A stretch of DNA of 35,732 nt from Bdellovibrionia bacterium (GTDB lineage Bacteria; Bdellovibrionota; UBA1018). Below the pieces are notes generated by a model. That model ran no database searches, was not told the DNA's origin, and saw only the letters and a list, made by a program, of their open reading frames with translations. A program made the position numbers and the translations under genes. How positions within the stretch are numbered: position 1 is the first letter of the stretch; the number at the start of each line of letters is the position of its first letter. Positions 25,798 to 35,732 of the stretch are shown here, in pieces. The stretch is taken from contig JBGSHQ010000401.1 in NCBI GenBank assembly GCA_041752095.1, forward strand, positions 1-35,732, written 5' to 3'.

Positions 25798-27323
25798 TTT
25801 TTTAAAACCTTCATTCGCCATTCTTCGATCCCGGTAAATAAATGGGGTTTGTGATCGGCTCCAAGCTTTGCCTCAATGACTGCTGCAGTATTTCCCGGAC
25901 CACAGCTATGGTTGGCATTCAGAATTGCGGGTACCCGATCTAAGCAGTATAAAAAGAGACTCCCACTCATCCAATAAAAATGCGTTTTTTTCTCGATCTG
26001 CTTTAATAATCCAATCTCTAAAGTTTGAGCCTCGAGTACATAAGTAGCAAGCATCGGCATAGAACCTTTCACTCCCTCAGCATGACCCAGTTTAGTGAAT
26101 TTAGGCTCTCGCCCTAATACAGCACGGATGCGTGGATCCTCGGTTTCACCTAATCCTTCTGACGACCCATTCACCCAGATTCCGCGCACAGCAAGTTTCC
26201 TCCATGTCGTCAATCCGCTGACCCATACCCGTTGATCTTGCGAGACCTTCCAATCCAGAGGTAAGGCATTCTCTTTCGAAACCCACAAATCGGTGTTTGG
26301 ATTTTTAACTTTTAAATCTCTTCGAAAAAAGGCGTGAAGTTGGTCTTCTTCGGTTGCTGGCCAAATATTTTCGATCGTCGTGGGTGCTATTTCGTCAGGT
26401 GTTTCTAATTCATACTTTGAAAGGATGATCCCCTGATCTGTTTCTCCTTTTAAGCTCACTACTTTTCCGTAGGGACGCTGTAAAACTGCAATACCAATTT
26501 TTTGATGGCATCCTCCACCATAGCTTTTTAATACTTTTCTTTCTTCCACGACTGACGAAAAAGTTGCTTCGCAATGAATTTTTTTTAAAAGTGATCTCAA
26601 ATCATCTCGGTCCGATCGAATTTCGATCGCAATCGCTCCCTGGGCTGCGGCGGGTGGGTTTGCGGAAATGGGAAGCACCATCCAGTTCACCTGATTTAGA
26701 ACAGATCGAATTTCCTTACGAATACCCACCCACTCCTCCTGATTTGTTTCAAGAAGTCGATCGAGTGCTGCCTTCGCAACGATGAGCCCATCCATCTCAC
26801 CCTCAATTAATTTTCTGAGCCGAGTGGGAATGTTTCCGCGAACAGGTAAAAAATTAATTTCAGGCGGCACTGCTGAAGGCAAATGATCTTTTAAAAAGGG
26901 GGTAAGATTATAAGCGCGACGTGGAGAAGACGAAAGAATTTTTACCGCGTTTAATGTTCCATTTATGAGTTTACTTACGCTCGTACTCTTAAAGAGGAGA
27001 ATATCCCTCAAATCCGCTCGTGGCAGAGTTGCAACAATTTCACTCCCCTGTGGATCTTCAACTGGCAAATCTTTCCAGGAGTGGACCACCATATCGGTTT
27101 CACCCTTTAAAAGATCTGCTTTGAAATCTTCTGTGAAAACTCCTTTTTCAGGCATTTTCCAAAGAGGATCGTCTTGATTAATGTCTCCGAGAGATTTCTT
27201 AAAGATGTAGTCCACCTCCAAATTCGGTACATCTGAATGTGCTTTAAGCAGATTCCCAACCGTAATGGCTTGAACACGTGCAAGGTCGCTCGTTCTTGAG
27301 GCAATCCGAATTTTTAGCCGCAT
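25794..27323 (-). CDS. hemC: hydroxymethylbilane synthase with C-terminal extension (probable HemC-HemD fusion)
   Basis: IASRTSDLARVQ, KGVFT, VHSWKDLP, SSPRR, VRGNI.TRL, GGGCH; about 190 extra C-terminal aa ending in ...CGPGNTA; no separate hemD in the operon. Confidence 0.9.
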   Translation of the reverse strand: MRLKIRIASRTSDLARVQAITVGNLLKAHSDVPNLEVDYIFKKSLGDINQDDPLWKMPEKGVFTEDFKADLLKGETDMVVHSWKDLPVEDPQGSEIVATLPRADLRDILLFKSTSVSKLINGTLNAVKILSSSPRRAYNLTPFLKDHLPSAVPPEINFLPVRGNIPTRLRKLIEGEMDGLIVAKAALDRLLETNQEEWVGIRKEIRSVLNQVNWMVLPISANPPAAAQGAIAIEIRSDRDDLRSLLKKIHCEATFSSVVEERKVLKSYGGGCHQKIGIAVLQRPYGKVVSLKGETDQGIILSKYELETPDEIAPTTIENIWPATEEDQLHAFFRRDLKVKNPNTDLWVSKENALPLDWKVSQDQRVWVSGLTTWRKLAVRGIWVNGSSEGLGETEDPRIRAVLGREPKFTKLGHAEGVKGSMPMLATYVLEAQTLEIGLLKQIEKKTHFYWMSGSLFLYCLDRVPAILNANHSCGPGNTAAVIEAKLGADHKPHLFTGIEEWRMKVLKK

Positions 27324-28225
27324 AAATCTTCCCACCCACCCACTCGAATTTGCATCGTCTCGCCTTCATAGCGTGCCGTGGTGAGTGCAGAAATCATTTC
27401 GAGAGCATGAGAACGAAGCAAGTTACCCGAAGCGCTTGTTTCTTTCGAGAATTGGAAAAAGTCTTGTAGAGTCGTTACTGGAAGGACTCGCCCATTCATT
27501 TCCGTGGGTAACGGATCAGACTCACACTCACGGCGAAAATCAATCACCTGAGTGGGTTCTACTGTCGACTTTTGAATGAGTTGAATGACTTCGGAACTCG
27601 TTAAGGGCGCCGCAATCACGAGTGTTCCAACTAAAGATGGAATGGATCCGGTGAGAGGAATAAAACATAACCGTTCAAGACTCGGTACGTCTCGAATCGA
27701 TTCACGAATTTTTCCACAACCTGATTCTGACCGAAAAAGAACTTGAACCGAAGCACTCTCTTTCAGGACCCACGGCAATATTGAAAGGGCCAATTCTCCA
27801 GTTCCCACGACCGTAATCGGCATCGCACCGAGCGCCACCTTACGCGTAAAACTGCCATAGGAGTGCGCACCGGAATTGAGATGGAACTTTGCTCGGACCT
27901 TTTTCATGTCTGCGAGCAGAGCTTGAATTAAACGATTAAATCGAGCTTTAAATTCGAGTGGGAGATCGGTTTGTTGGAATCGTTTTTTGAATTGGCCTAC
28001 AATTTCGTTTTCACCCAAAATTTTTGAGTGAAGCCCGCAAAGGACTTCGAGTAAAAACTGATAAGCTTGTCGTTCATGGAGTTTTTCATCCCCTGGAAGT
28101 AACGCAAAATTTTGGAACTCAGAGAGGTGCCCTAAAACGATTTGGCGCTGACACGTGTCCCAGACCACAAGATCCGAGTCCGCCCTGCCCCCAGTGCGAT
28201 GAACGATAACAATGTCCCCAAACAT
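27314..28225 (-). CDS. hemA: short glutamyl-tRNA reductase
   Basis: TCQR (catalytic Cys context, canonical TCNR), GLHSKILGENEIVGQFK, VVGTGELA nucleotide-binding motif; first gene of operon. Confidence 0.85.
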   Translation of the reverse strand: MFGDIVIVHRTGGRADSDLVVWDTCQRQIVLGHLSEFQNFALLPGDEKLHERQAYQFLLEVLCGLHSKILGENEIVGQFKKRFQQTDLPLEFKARFNRLIQALLADMKKVRAKFHLNSGAHSYGSFTRKVALGAMPITVVGTGELALSILPWVLKESASVQVLFRSESGCGKIRESIRDVPSLERLCFIPLTGSIPSLVGTLVIAAPLTSSEVIQLIQKSTVEPTQVIDFRRECESDPLPTEMNGRVLPVTTLQDFFQFSKETSASGNLLRSHALEMISALTTARYEGETMQIRVGGWEDLCG

Positions 28226-28256
28226 TCTCTAATTATCATGCTTTTAGGGTGAGATT

Positions 28257-28272
28257 TGTCACCGAACTGTCA
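28257..28272 (-). promoter_or_regulatory. TGACA-N6-TGACA direct-repeat box (HemR-type OmpR-family site)
   Basis: Minus strand reads TGACA-GTTCGG-TGACA, 32-47 nt upstream of hemA ATG, at the expected -35 position. Confidence 0.78.
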
Positions 28273-28332
28273 CGGCCTAACATCTTATTTCGATTCACTT
28301 TTTAGTCATTTTAGCATTAGCTATTTTCCATC

Positions 28333-30168
28333 ATGAAACGAACTCTACTCATTCTTGTTTATATTTCTTTTTCTTCCCCCTCTATAATAGCTGCGGAATC
28401 CGCTCCAGAGACCACTGTTCTCGACCCCGTGATCTCAGAAGGAACACCCGCTGAGGCGTTAAAGTTCGATGCGATTATTCCGGCCTACACAGGTAAAACA
28501 AAGGCCAGAATTTCGACGGGTAACATCGTTAAAGAGATTGCGAATGACCTTCCCTTTCACTCGAGTGGAAATTTACGCCCAGGAAACGAGGCGGGATTTG
28601 TAGGAGTTGGAAAAGGGACCGAAGAGACCGATGTAAATGTGCTCGGAATTCCTTTAAATAGACCTCAAGGCGGAGGAAGCGATCTCGCGACTTTTCCACA
28701 GTTCTTCTGGAGTGGATATAATTACCAAATCGGGCCTTCTCTTGGCGCTTTCGACCCACGCGGAGTCGGCGGATCTCTTACGCTCAGACTTTGGACACAG
28801 GATAATATCGGTACCGAGAATCAGCGGGCGACTGCCTTCGCTTCAAGCCGTAGTATTCAACAGTTTTCATTGGGTCGATCTGATAAAAAATACGCTCTCA
28901 TTGTAGGAGGAACTACCGGTGATGTTTCCGGTCCTTCTTTTGCAGCAAGCGCAAATGCCTTCGAAAACGGTGCGACAAAGATTACGACCCACCTTCTCTT
29001 CAGCGACACTAAGGTTGATGGCTTCTTTTCTGATAAAACTCCCTCTACTCGAGGAACTCAACGTACTGATCGACTCATACCCGTCGTCCAAGTCGATCGA
29101 CGTTTTTCTACGACAGCACTTTTAAAATCGAGTTTCTTTTATGATTTTACTTTTGCGGAATACGACGTGAAGACACAATTTAATAAAAAACAAGTGAAGC
29201 GCACTCATCAAATCGGTAACGAAACGGCTCTAGTATTAGATAAAACTCGTTTTGGACTTGGAGTTCGTAACGTTTCTTATAAACGAGAATCCGCAACCGC
29301 TATTGAAAGCATTCCTGACGAGCAGATTCTAAATCTTCAAGCAACGCACACCTTAAAATTTAGTAATTTGAAGTTCGAACCCACTCTAGGAGCAACGGCA
29401 GTGAGTCGTATTGGGTTTTTCCCCTATGTATCGGGAGGAGTCAGACACGAAACCGTTAAAAAAGAAGCGAGTCTAGGCGAATTTTTTCGTTTAGGACTTC
29501 ACACTCGATTCCCATCACTACTCGATCGATATTATGAATTCATACAAGCTGCTGGTCCAACGACTCTCATCGCTTTACCCAACCCAGACCTCCAGCCCGA
29601 AAACGTTCGCTCGATCGAAACAGGCGCCGACTATTTAAATGGAAACTATAAAACCCAGCTGACTGCTTTTTTTCGTGATTATAAACGAGCTCGATATACG
29701 AGTTCGACGACTTCTGGATCCACGATTTATTACCAGATTAAAAATGCTGGAGACGCGTATGTATTCGGATTCACTCACTCACAAGACCTTAAGGCTTCGC
29801 CGATCCTTGATATTGGAACTCGCCTCACTTTTCAAAAGTCTAGGATCGAAGATCTTGGGGCAGAATTTCCCTATGCTCCAACGTGGGTTGGAATCCTGAA
29901 ATTTGGCTTACATGATCCCGAAAATAAAATTGGAATTGAGGTTATCAATAAAGCTTCGGAAAGTTTTCTCTCCTATTCAGAATCCTCTTCTCCTTCAAGC
30001 AGCATTCCCGGTTATTATTATTTAGATTTTTTTGCACATTTTCAAATAGCTTTGAATACAACATTAGTAGCGGGGGTTGAAAATCTTTTCGATCAACCTA
30101 TTCAATATCAAGCATCCGTACCTAGCGATGGCCGAGTCTACTCTCTCTCCATGAACTCAAATTTTTAA
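28333..30168 (+). CDS. TonB-dependent outer membrane receptor
   Basis: Signal peptide, TonB-box-like VLDPVIS, plug region GVGGSL, PNPDLQPE..RSIETG, GVENLFD, terminal Phe. Confidence 0.85.
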   Translation: MKRTLLILVYISFSSPSIIAAESAPETTVLDPVISEGTPAEALKFDAIIPAYTGKTKARISTGNIVKEIANDLPFHSSGNLRPGNEAGFVGVGKGTEETDVNVLGIPLNRPQGGGSDLATFPQFFWSGYNYQIGPSLGAFDPRGVGGSLTLRLWTQDNIGTENQRATAFASSRSIQQFSLGRSDKKYALIVGGTTGDVSGPSFAASANAFENGATKITTHLLFSDTKVDGFFSDKTPSTRGTQRTDRLIPVVQVDRRFSTTALLKSSFFYDFTFAEYDVKTQFNKKQVKRTHQIGNETALVLDKTRFGLGVRNVSYKRESATAIESIPDEQILNLQATHTLKFSNLKFEPTLGATAVSRIGFFPYVSGGVRHETVKKEASLGEFFRLGLHTRFPSLLDRYYEFIQAAGPTTLIALPNPDLQPENVRSIETGADYLNGNYKTQLTAFFRDYKRARYTSSTTSGSTIYYQIKNAGDAYVFGFTHSQDLKASPILDIGTRLTFQKSRIEDLGAEFPYAPTWVGILKFGLHDPENKIGIEVINKASESFLSYSESSSPSSSIPGYYYLDFFAHFQIALNTTLVAGVENLFDQPIQYQASVPSDGRVYSLSMNSNF

Positions 30169-30175
30169 GTGGCTT

Positions 30176-30535
30176 ATGAAAAATCTAAAACTCTACGCCT
30201 ACGCAAACTGTTCGACTTGTAAAAACGCAGTAAAATTTCTCGAAAAGAAAAAGATCGCGTTTGAATTAATTCCAATAGTTGAAAAACCACCTTCTCTCGC
30301 CGAGTTAAAGAAAATGCTGGTCGTATATGAAGGCAAAATTGGAAAACTCTTTAATACCTCCGGCCTAGTTTACCGAGAAATGGGGCTTGGGGAAAAATTG
30401 AAGTCCATGACTGAATCTGAAGCCCTCGCTTTACTCGCTAAAAACGGAAAACTCGTAAAGCGACCCTTTGCAATCGCAGGTGAAAAGGCGATAGTTGGAT
30501 TTAAGGAATCAGAGTGGAAAACATTTCTCGGCTAA
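30176..30535 (+). CDS. ArsC/Spx/YffB-family protein
   Basis: CSTCKNA CxxC, LFNTSG..YRE, LVKRP, VGFKE. Confidence 0.9.
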   Translation: MKNLKLYAYANCSTCKNAVKFLEKKKIAFELIPIVEKPPSLAELKKMLVVYEGKIGKLFNTSGLVYREMGLGEKLKSMTESEALALLAKNGKLVKRPFAIAGEKAIVGFKESEWKTFLG

Positions 30536-31530
30536 ACTCAAACCTGCCCAACTGGCAGCCGACTCTCCCAGGCCCAAGGATCACGCTTCGACCTCTTGAA
30601 GAAAAAGATTTCGACGACCTTTATTCAGTCGCCTCCGATCCCCTCATTTGGGATCAACACCCAAACCCCGATCGGTATCAGCGCGATGTTTTCCGTAAGT
30701 TTTTCGACTACGGTCTAGAATCTCAGGGAGCACTCGTAATTCTACGAAACTCTGATTCTAAAATTATTGGAAGTTCTCGCTACTGCGACTATCGACCTGA
30801 AAAAAAAGATATTGAAATTGGTTTTACTTTTCTTTCTCGTGAGTGTTGGGGAGGATCGATAAACGCAGAATTAAAGGCACTGATGTTGAATCATGCGTTT
30901 CGGTTTGTAGATTCAGTCCGTTTTAATGTCGGGCTTAATAATTTTCGCTCTAAACGTGCACTTGAGAAAATAGGTGCAAAGCTCACAGGCGTATTTGAAA
31001 CGTCACTCCCAGAAGGTGGAACACGCCTTTCAGAAGTTTGGAGAACGAGCGAGCCGCCAGCATTTTCGATTCGGATCGACATCAAAACCCAAACCGCGGC
31101 GCTTTTAAGAGAAAATGAAATCTTATCAAGTTATAAAATATCGGCCGCACTTAATGGAGTCGGCTTCGAACCTGGAACGAACACGACCCCAACCGGGCGG
31201 TTTCGGGTACACACCCGAATCGGGGACGACGCCCCGCCAGGGACCGTTTTCAGATCTCGTGCTCGAACGGGGGAAATCTACTCCACGGATCCGACCAACC
31301 CCCTTTCGAACACCGCGGAAGACCTCGTGCTAACCCGCATCCTTTGGCTGGAGGGGTGCGACCCCGAAAACCTAAATACGCTCGACCGATACATCTACTT
31401 TCACGGTACAAACCAGGAACACTTACTGGGCACACCCGCCTCCCATGGCTGCATTCGGTTTAGTAACTCAGACATCACTCCTCTTTATAATGTGCTCAGT
31501 ACGGGTTCTCGGGTCGTAATCCTGCCTTGA
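30514..31530 (+). CDS. GNAT (RimJ/RimL-like) acetyltransferase fused to YkuD L,D-transpeptidase domain
   Basis: N-terminal ITLRPL, EIGFTFL, NFRSKRALEKIGA; C-terminal TPTGRF, IYFHGT, LGTPASHGCIR; continuous frame. Confidence 0.85.
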   Translation: MENISRLNSNLPNWQPTLPGPRITLRPLEEKDFDDLYSVASDPLIWDQHPNPDRYQRDVFRKFFDYGLESQGALVILRNSDSKIIGSSRYCDYRPEKKDIEIGFTFLSRECWGGSINAELKALMLNHAFRFVDSVRFNVGLNNFRSKRALEKIGAKLTGVFETSLPEGGTRLSEVWRTSEPPAFSIRIDIKTQTAALLRENEILSSYKISAALNGVGFEPGTNTTPTGRFRVHTRIGDDAPPGTVFRSRARTGEIYSTDPTNPLSNTAEDLVLTRILWLEGCDPENLNTLDRYIYFHGTNQEHLLGTPASHGCIRFSNSDITPLYNVLSTGSRVVILP

Positions 31531-31607
31531 TGTTGATAACGCGCTGTATATATATCGATTTACTCTTGCCCTTTCGGCCATAAAACCCTAAAAACAACCC
31601 ACTACTA

Positions 31608-31780
31608 AACACACCTCGAAGTTTCGTGGTGCCTTGCGGAAAGCGCCTCCTCCCGGAGGAACTCCCAAAAAGGTTATCGGGGTGGACGAATATAAACCGC
31701 GGAATTTGAAGTTTGAGACTTAAGCTTTTCAGCCCGTCCCTTTCCTCTCTTCCCGCATAATAACCAGGAGTTCGAATTAC
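31608..31780 (+). promoter_or_regulatory. structured rpsB 5' leader (S2 autoregulatory / t44-like)
   Basis: Long untranslated region starting ACACAC; 31616-31630 can pair with 31696-31709; position upstream of rpsB. Confidence 0.55.
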
Positions 31781-32629
31781 ATGCCCCAGATTACGATGAA
31801 AGAATTGCTCGAAGCAGGCGTTCACTTTGGTCACCAAACCCGCCGCTGGAATCCTAAAATGAAGCCGTACGTATTCGGCGCACGCAACGGAATTTATATC
31901 ATCGACCTACAGAAGACTGTCGATGCAACTCGGAAAGCTGCAGACTTCGCAGTGAAGCTCGCTTCCGAAGGTAAAAAGATCCTCTTCGTTGGAACAAAGA
32001 AACAAGCAAAAGAAGTGGTCATGGAAGAAGCGATTCGCGCAAACATGCACCACGTGACTCACCGCTGGTTAGGCGGAATGCTCACAAACTACCAAACCGT
32101 GAAAGCATCGATCGACCGTCTTAAGAAATTTGAAAACCTAAAGGCTTCTGAAGCTTGGGCAGAAACCCCGAAAAAAGAGCAGTCGAAAATCGACCGCGAA
32201 CTTACGAAGTTAAAGCAGTCCCTCGGCGGAATCGAAGACATGAAGAAGCTCCCTGGCGCTCTCTTCGTCATCGACACTGAAAAAGAACACATCGCAGTTA
32301 AAGAAGCGAAGAAACTCGGAATCCCAACAATCGCTGTTGTCGATACGAACTGTGATCCATCGAACATCACCCACGTGATTCCTGGAAACGACGACGCGAT
32401 TCGCTCCGTACGTCTTTTCTCGAAACTGATCGCTGACAGCTGCATCGAAGGCGCAAAAATATTCCAAGAGAAACTTCGCGCACAAGACAAACCGATGGAA
32501 GATACCGAAGAGCAGACTGAAAAGAAGGTTTCTAAGTTCGAAGGTGACATCGACCTTCGCGGTCCAGACGAAGTGGATCTGGAAGCGGCTGCAAATGCAG
32601 AACCGACTGACGAAACCCCTACGACTTAA
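31781..32629 (+). CDS. rpsB: 30S ribosomal protein S2
   Basis: [45 protein letters not shown]. Confidence 0.99.
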   Translation: MPQITMKELLEAGVHFGHQTRRWNPKMKPYVFGARNGIYIIDLQKTVDATRKAADFAVKLASEGKKILFVGTKKQAKEVVMEEAIRANMHHVTHRWLGGMLTNYQTVKASIDRLKKFENLKASEAWAETPKKEQSKIDRELTKLKQSLGGIEDMKKLPGALFVIDTEKEHIAVKEAKKLGIPTIAVVDTNCDPSNITHVIPGNDDAIRSVRLFSKLIADSCIEGAKIFQEKLRAQDKPMEDTEEQTEKKVSKFEGDIDLRGPDEVDLEAAANAEPTDETPTT

Positions 32630-32652
32630 TTTAAAAGAACTGGAGCGAAATC

Positions 32653-34172
<1,520 letters not shown>

Positions 34173-34248
34173 CCGTAGGGTGCGGATACATCGAAAATTC
34201 TCAACAAAGAGCGACAATCGATCGAGTGACGCACCTGTTATTTTGACG

Positions 34249-34370
34249 AATGCCCTGTTTGCCCTGTTTGCCCAATCCCTCCGCTTCGCTTCGCCCAATG
34301 CCCTGTTTGGCCAATGCCCTGTTTGGCCAATGACCAATGCCCAATGACTAATGCCCAATGACTAATGCCA
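34249..34370. repeat. short tandem repeats (TGCCCTGTT, GCCCAAT/GACTAAT), STRR-like
   Basis: TGCCCTGTTTGCCCTGTTT, CCAATGCCCTGTTTGG x2, GCCCAATGACTAAT x2. Confidence 0.8.
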
Positions 34371-34410
34371 AAATAAAGGGGGTCGATCGCGAGGAGTGCG
34401 ATCGACTCCC
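34370..34410 (-). terminator. hairpin / probable terminator downstream of the HTH ORF
   Basis: 13-bp inverted repeat GGGGGTCGATCGC/GCGATCGACTCCC (1 mismatch) followed on the minus strand by TTTATTTT. Confidence 0.5.
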
Positions 34411-34430
34411 TCTAAAATATTGCGAACTAT

Positions 34431-34886
34431 CTACTTTCTGCGTCGCCGCCGCCAGTCAACACCCAACCGCTTGAGGTAATCCCAGCCACGTTGGGGCCAG
34501 ACATGAGCGCTACCAGTCTTTTCGGCAATCCAGAGAGCTACTTTGGGGCCTGTCCAGTCTCCGCCATCGGGGGCAGAGCCTTGCAGCGCTTGTCGCAGTT
34601 CTTCTTGCTGTTCTGGACTCAGCAAGGATTTTGCAGGAGGGGGCTGGCGGTCTCCGCTGCGGTTTCTCACAGAGTTAGGCCCTTCTCGGTTGTAGCGCTG
34701 GACAATTTCTTTGGCGTAGTCGTAGTTGATACCTACGACTTGGGCTGATTGTTTGATAGTCCAATTTCGAGAAACTAAGAGTAGCAAGTGCCAGCGGCGC
34801 GACTCTGTGGTGTTTTGTGCCTGCCGGTAGCGAAGTTTGAGTTCCTCTGCCGTCAGGTGAGATTCTAGGTGAGCTTTAGGTGGCAT
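34431..34886 (-). CDS. IS630-family transposase N-terminal (HTH / winged-HTH) protein, no DDE domain
   Basis: MPPKAHLESHLTAEELKLRYR, ESRRWHLL, IVQRYNREGP, PDGGDWTGPKVALWI, QRGWDYLKRLG; stop before any catalytic domain. Confidence 0.72.
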   Translation of the reverse strand: MPPKAHLESHLTAEELKLRYRQAQNTTESRRWHLLLLVSRNWTIKQSAQVVGINYDYAKEIVQRYNREGPNSVRNRSGDRQPPPAKSLLSPEQQEELRQALQGSAPDGGDWTGPKVALWIAEKTGSAHVWPQRGWDYLKRLGVDWRRRRRK

Positions 34887-35102
34887 TCTTCCAACGGGGC
34901 ATCGGGAACTTCTTACCATATATCTTTGGTTTTGGGGATAATTCCGGATGAAATTGTGTTCTTGGGGATCGTTGGGGCAAATACTTAGCTTTTTTACCGC
35001 GGATGCACGCAGATAGACGCAGATCAAGAAGGGCTGTAAGTGGGAGCAATTGCCAGCTATATTGACTAAGTGGCTGAAAGTAGAATTGATAAAGGTACGA
35101 GC

Positions 35103-35732
35103 ATGGCATCCATCCGCGAGTTGCACCGACAACTGGTCAATAAAGAACGCTCTGCTGTGGAAATTACTCAAGAAACATTAGACCGAATTACCCAGCTAGA
35201 GCCGAAATTGAAAAGCTTTCTGTGCGTGACAGCAGATAGCGCATTGGCGCAGGCCCACAAAGTGGATGCCCAAATTGCAGCAGGCGAGGAAATTGGGCTG
35301 TTGGCCGGTATCCCGATCGCCGTTAAGGACAATATGTGCACCGAGGGCATTCCCACAACCTGTGGATCTCGGATTTTAGAAAATTTTGTGCCTCCCTACG
35401 ATGCAACTGTTGTCTCCAAACTCCACGCAGCCGGTGCTGTGATTGTGGGTAAGGCGAATATGGACGAGTTTGCAATGGGGAGCTCGACAGAAACTTCTGC
35501 GTACCAAGTTACCGCCAATCCTTGGGACTTGGAGCGCGTGCCCGGAGGATCTTCTGGCGGTTCTGCCGCAGCGGTAGCTGGCGGAGAATGCGTCGTGAGC
35601 TTGGGTTCGGATACTGGGGGCTCGATCCGCCAACCTGCTGCTTTTTGTGGCTTGGTGGGGATGAAACCGACCTATGGGTTGGTTTCTCGCTACGGTTTGG
35701 TGGCCTATGCTTCTTCTCTCGATCAAATCGGG
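35103..35732 (+). CDS. gatA: Asp-tRNA(Asn)/Glu-tRNA(Gln) amidotransferase subunit A, partial (runs off window)
   Basis: Not in ORF track; hand translation [21 protein letters not shown]...GIPIAVKDN...[15 protein letters not shown]...[12 protein letters not shown]...[12 protein letters not shown] (amidase signature). Confidence 0.96.
   Translation, partial: MASIRELHRQLVNKERSAVEITQETLDRITQLEPKLKSFLCVTADSALAQAHKVDAQIAAGEEIGLLAGIPIAVKDNMCTEGIPTTCGSRILENFVPPYDATVVSKLHAAGAVIVGKANMDEFAMGSSTETSAYQVTANPWDLERVPGGSSGGSAAAVAGGECVVSLGSDTGGSIRQPAAFCGLVGMKPTYGLVSRYGLVAYASSLDQIG

Noticed and set aside
16602-28209. Many short alternative ORFs within the TPM and hem genes
   Set aside because: Antisense or out-of-frame overlaps of well-supported genes, with no motifs.
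34887-35171. N-terminal 95 aa of the 34431-35171 ORF
   Set aside because: Overlaps the gatA start and an intergenic repeat; HTH similarity begins at ATG 34886.
35168-35726. Minus-strand ORFs 35168-35356 and 35376-35726
   Set aside because: Antisense to gatA.

Overview
Bases 1 to about 34010 read as one genome, inferred from gene content to be Bdellovibrionota/Oligoflexia-like (not verified). They carry a partial selU/mnmH gene, several secreted hypothetical proteins, a PilZ membrane protein and tRNA-Ser(GGA). The tRNA is followed by a 2.9 kb integrase-less islet bounded by a 19-bp duplication of its 3' end, holding an AbiE-like HTH + nucleotidyltransferase pair and two secreted proteins. Next come a glycosyltransferase-deacetylase fusion, an MnmC-type methyltransferase, an rlmF/HEAT/putative cysteine peptidase operon, a CLC transporter, CheY + HD-GYP and two TPM genes. 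A complete Leptospira-style heme operon follows (hemA, hemC[D], hemB, hemL, kinase, regulator, hemE, hemN, hemY, hemH), with a perfect TGACA-N6-TGACA box between hemA and a divergent TonB-dependent receptor. After it lie an ArsC-family gene, a GNAT/L,D-transpeptidase fusion and rpsB-tsf-pyrH. At about 34010 pyrH breaks mid-gene and the sequence switches to cyanobacterial-type DNA (heptamer tandem repeats, an IS630-like HTH ORF, gatA), most likely a chimeric or contig junction. All calls come from reading the sequence; no searches were run.
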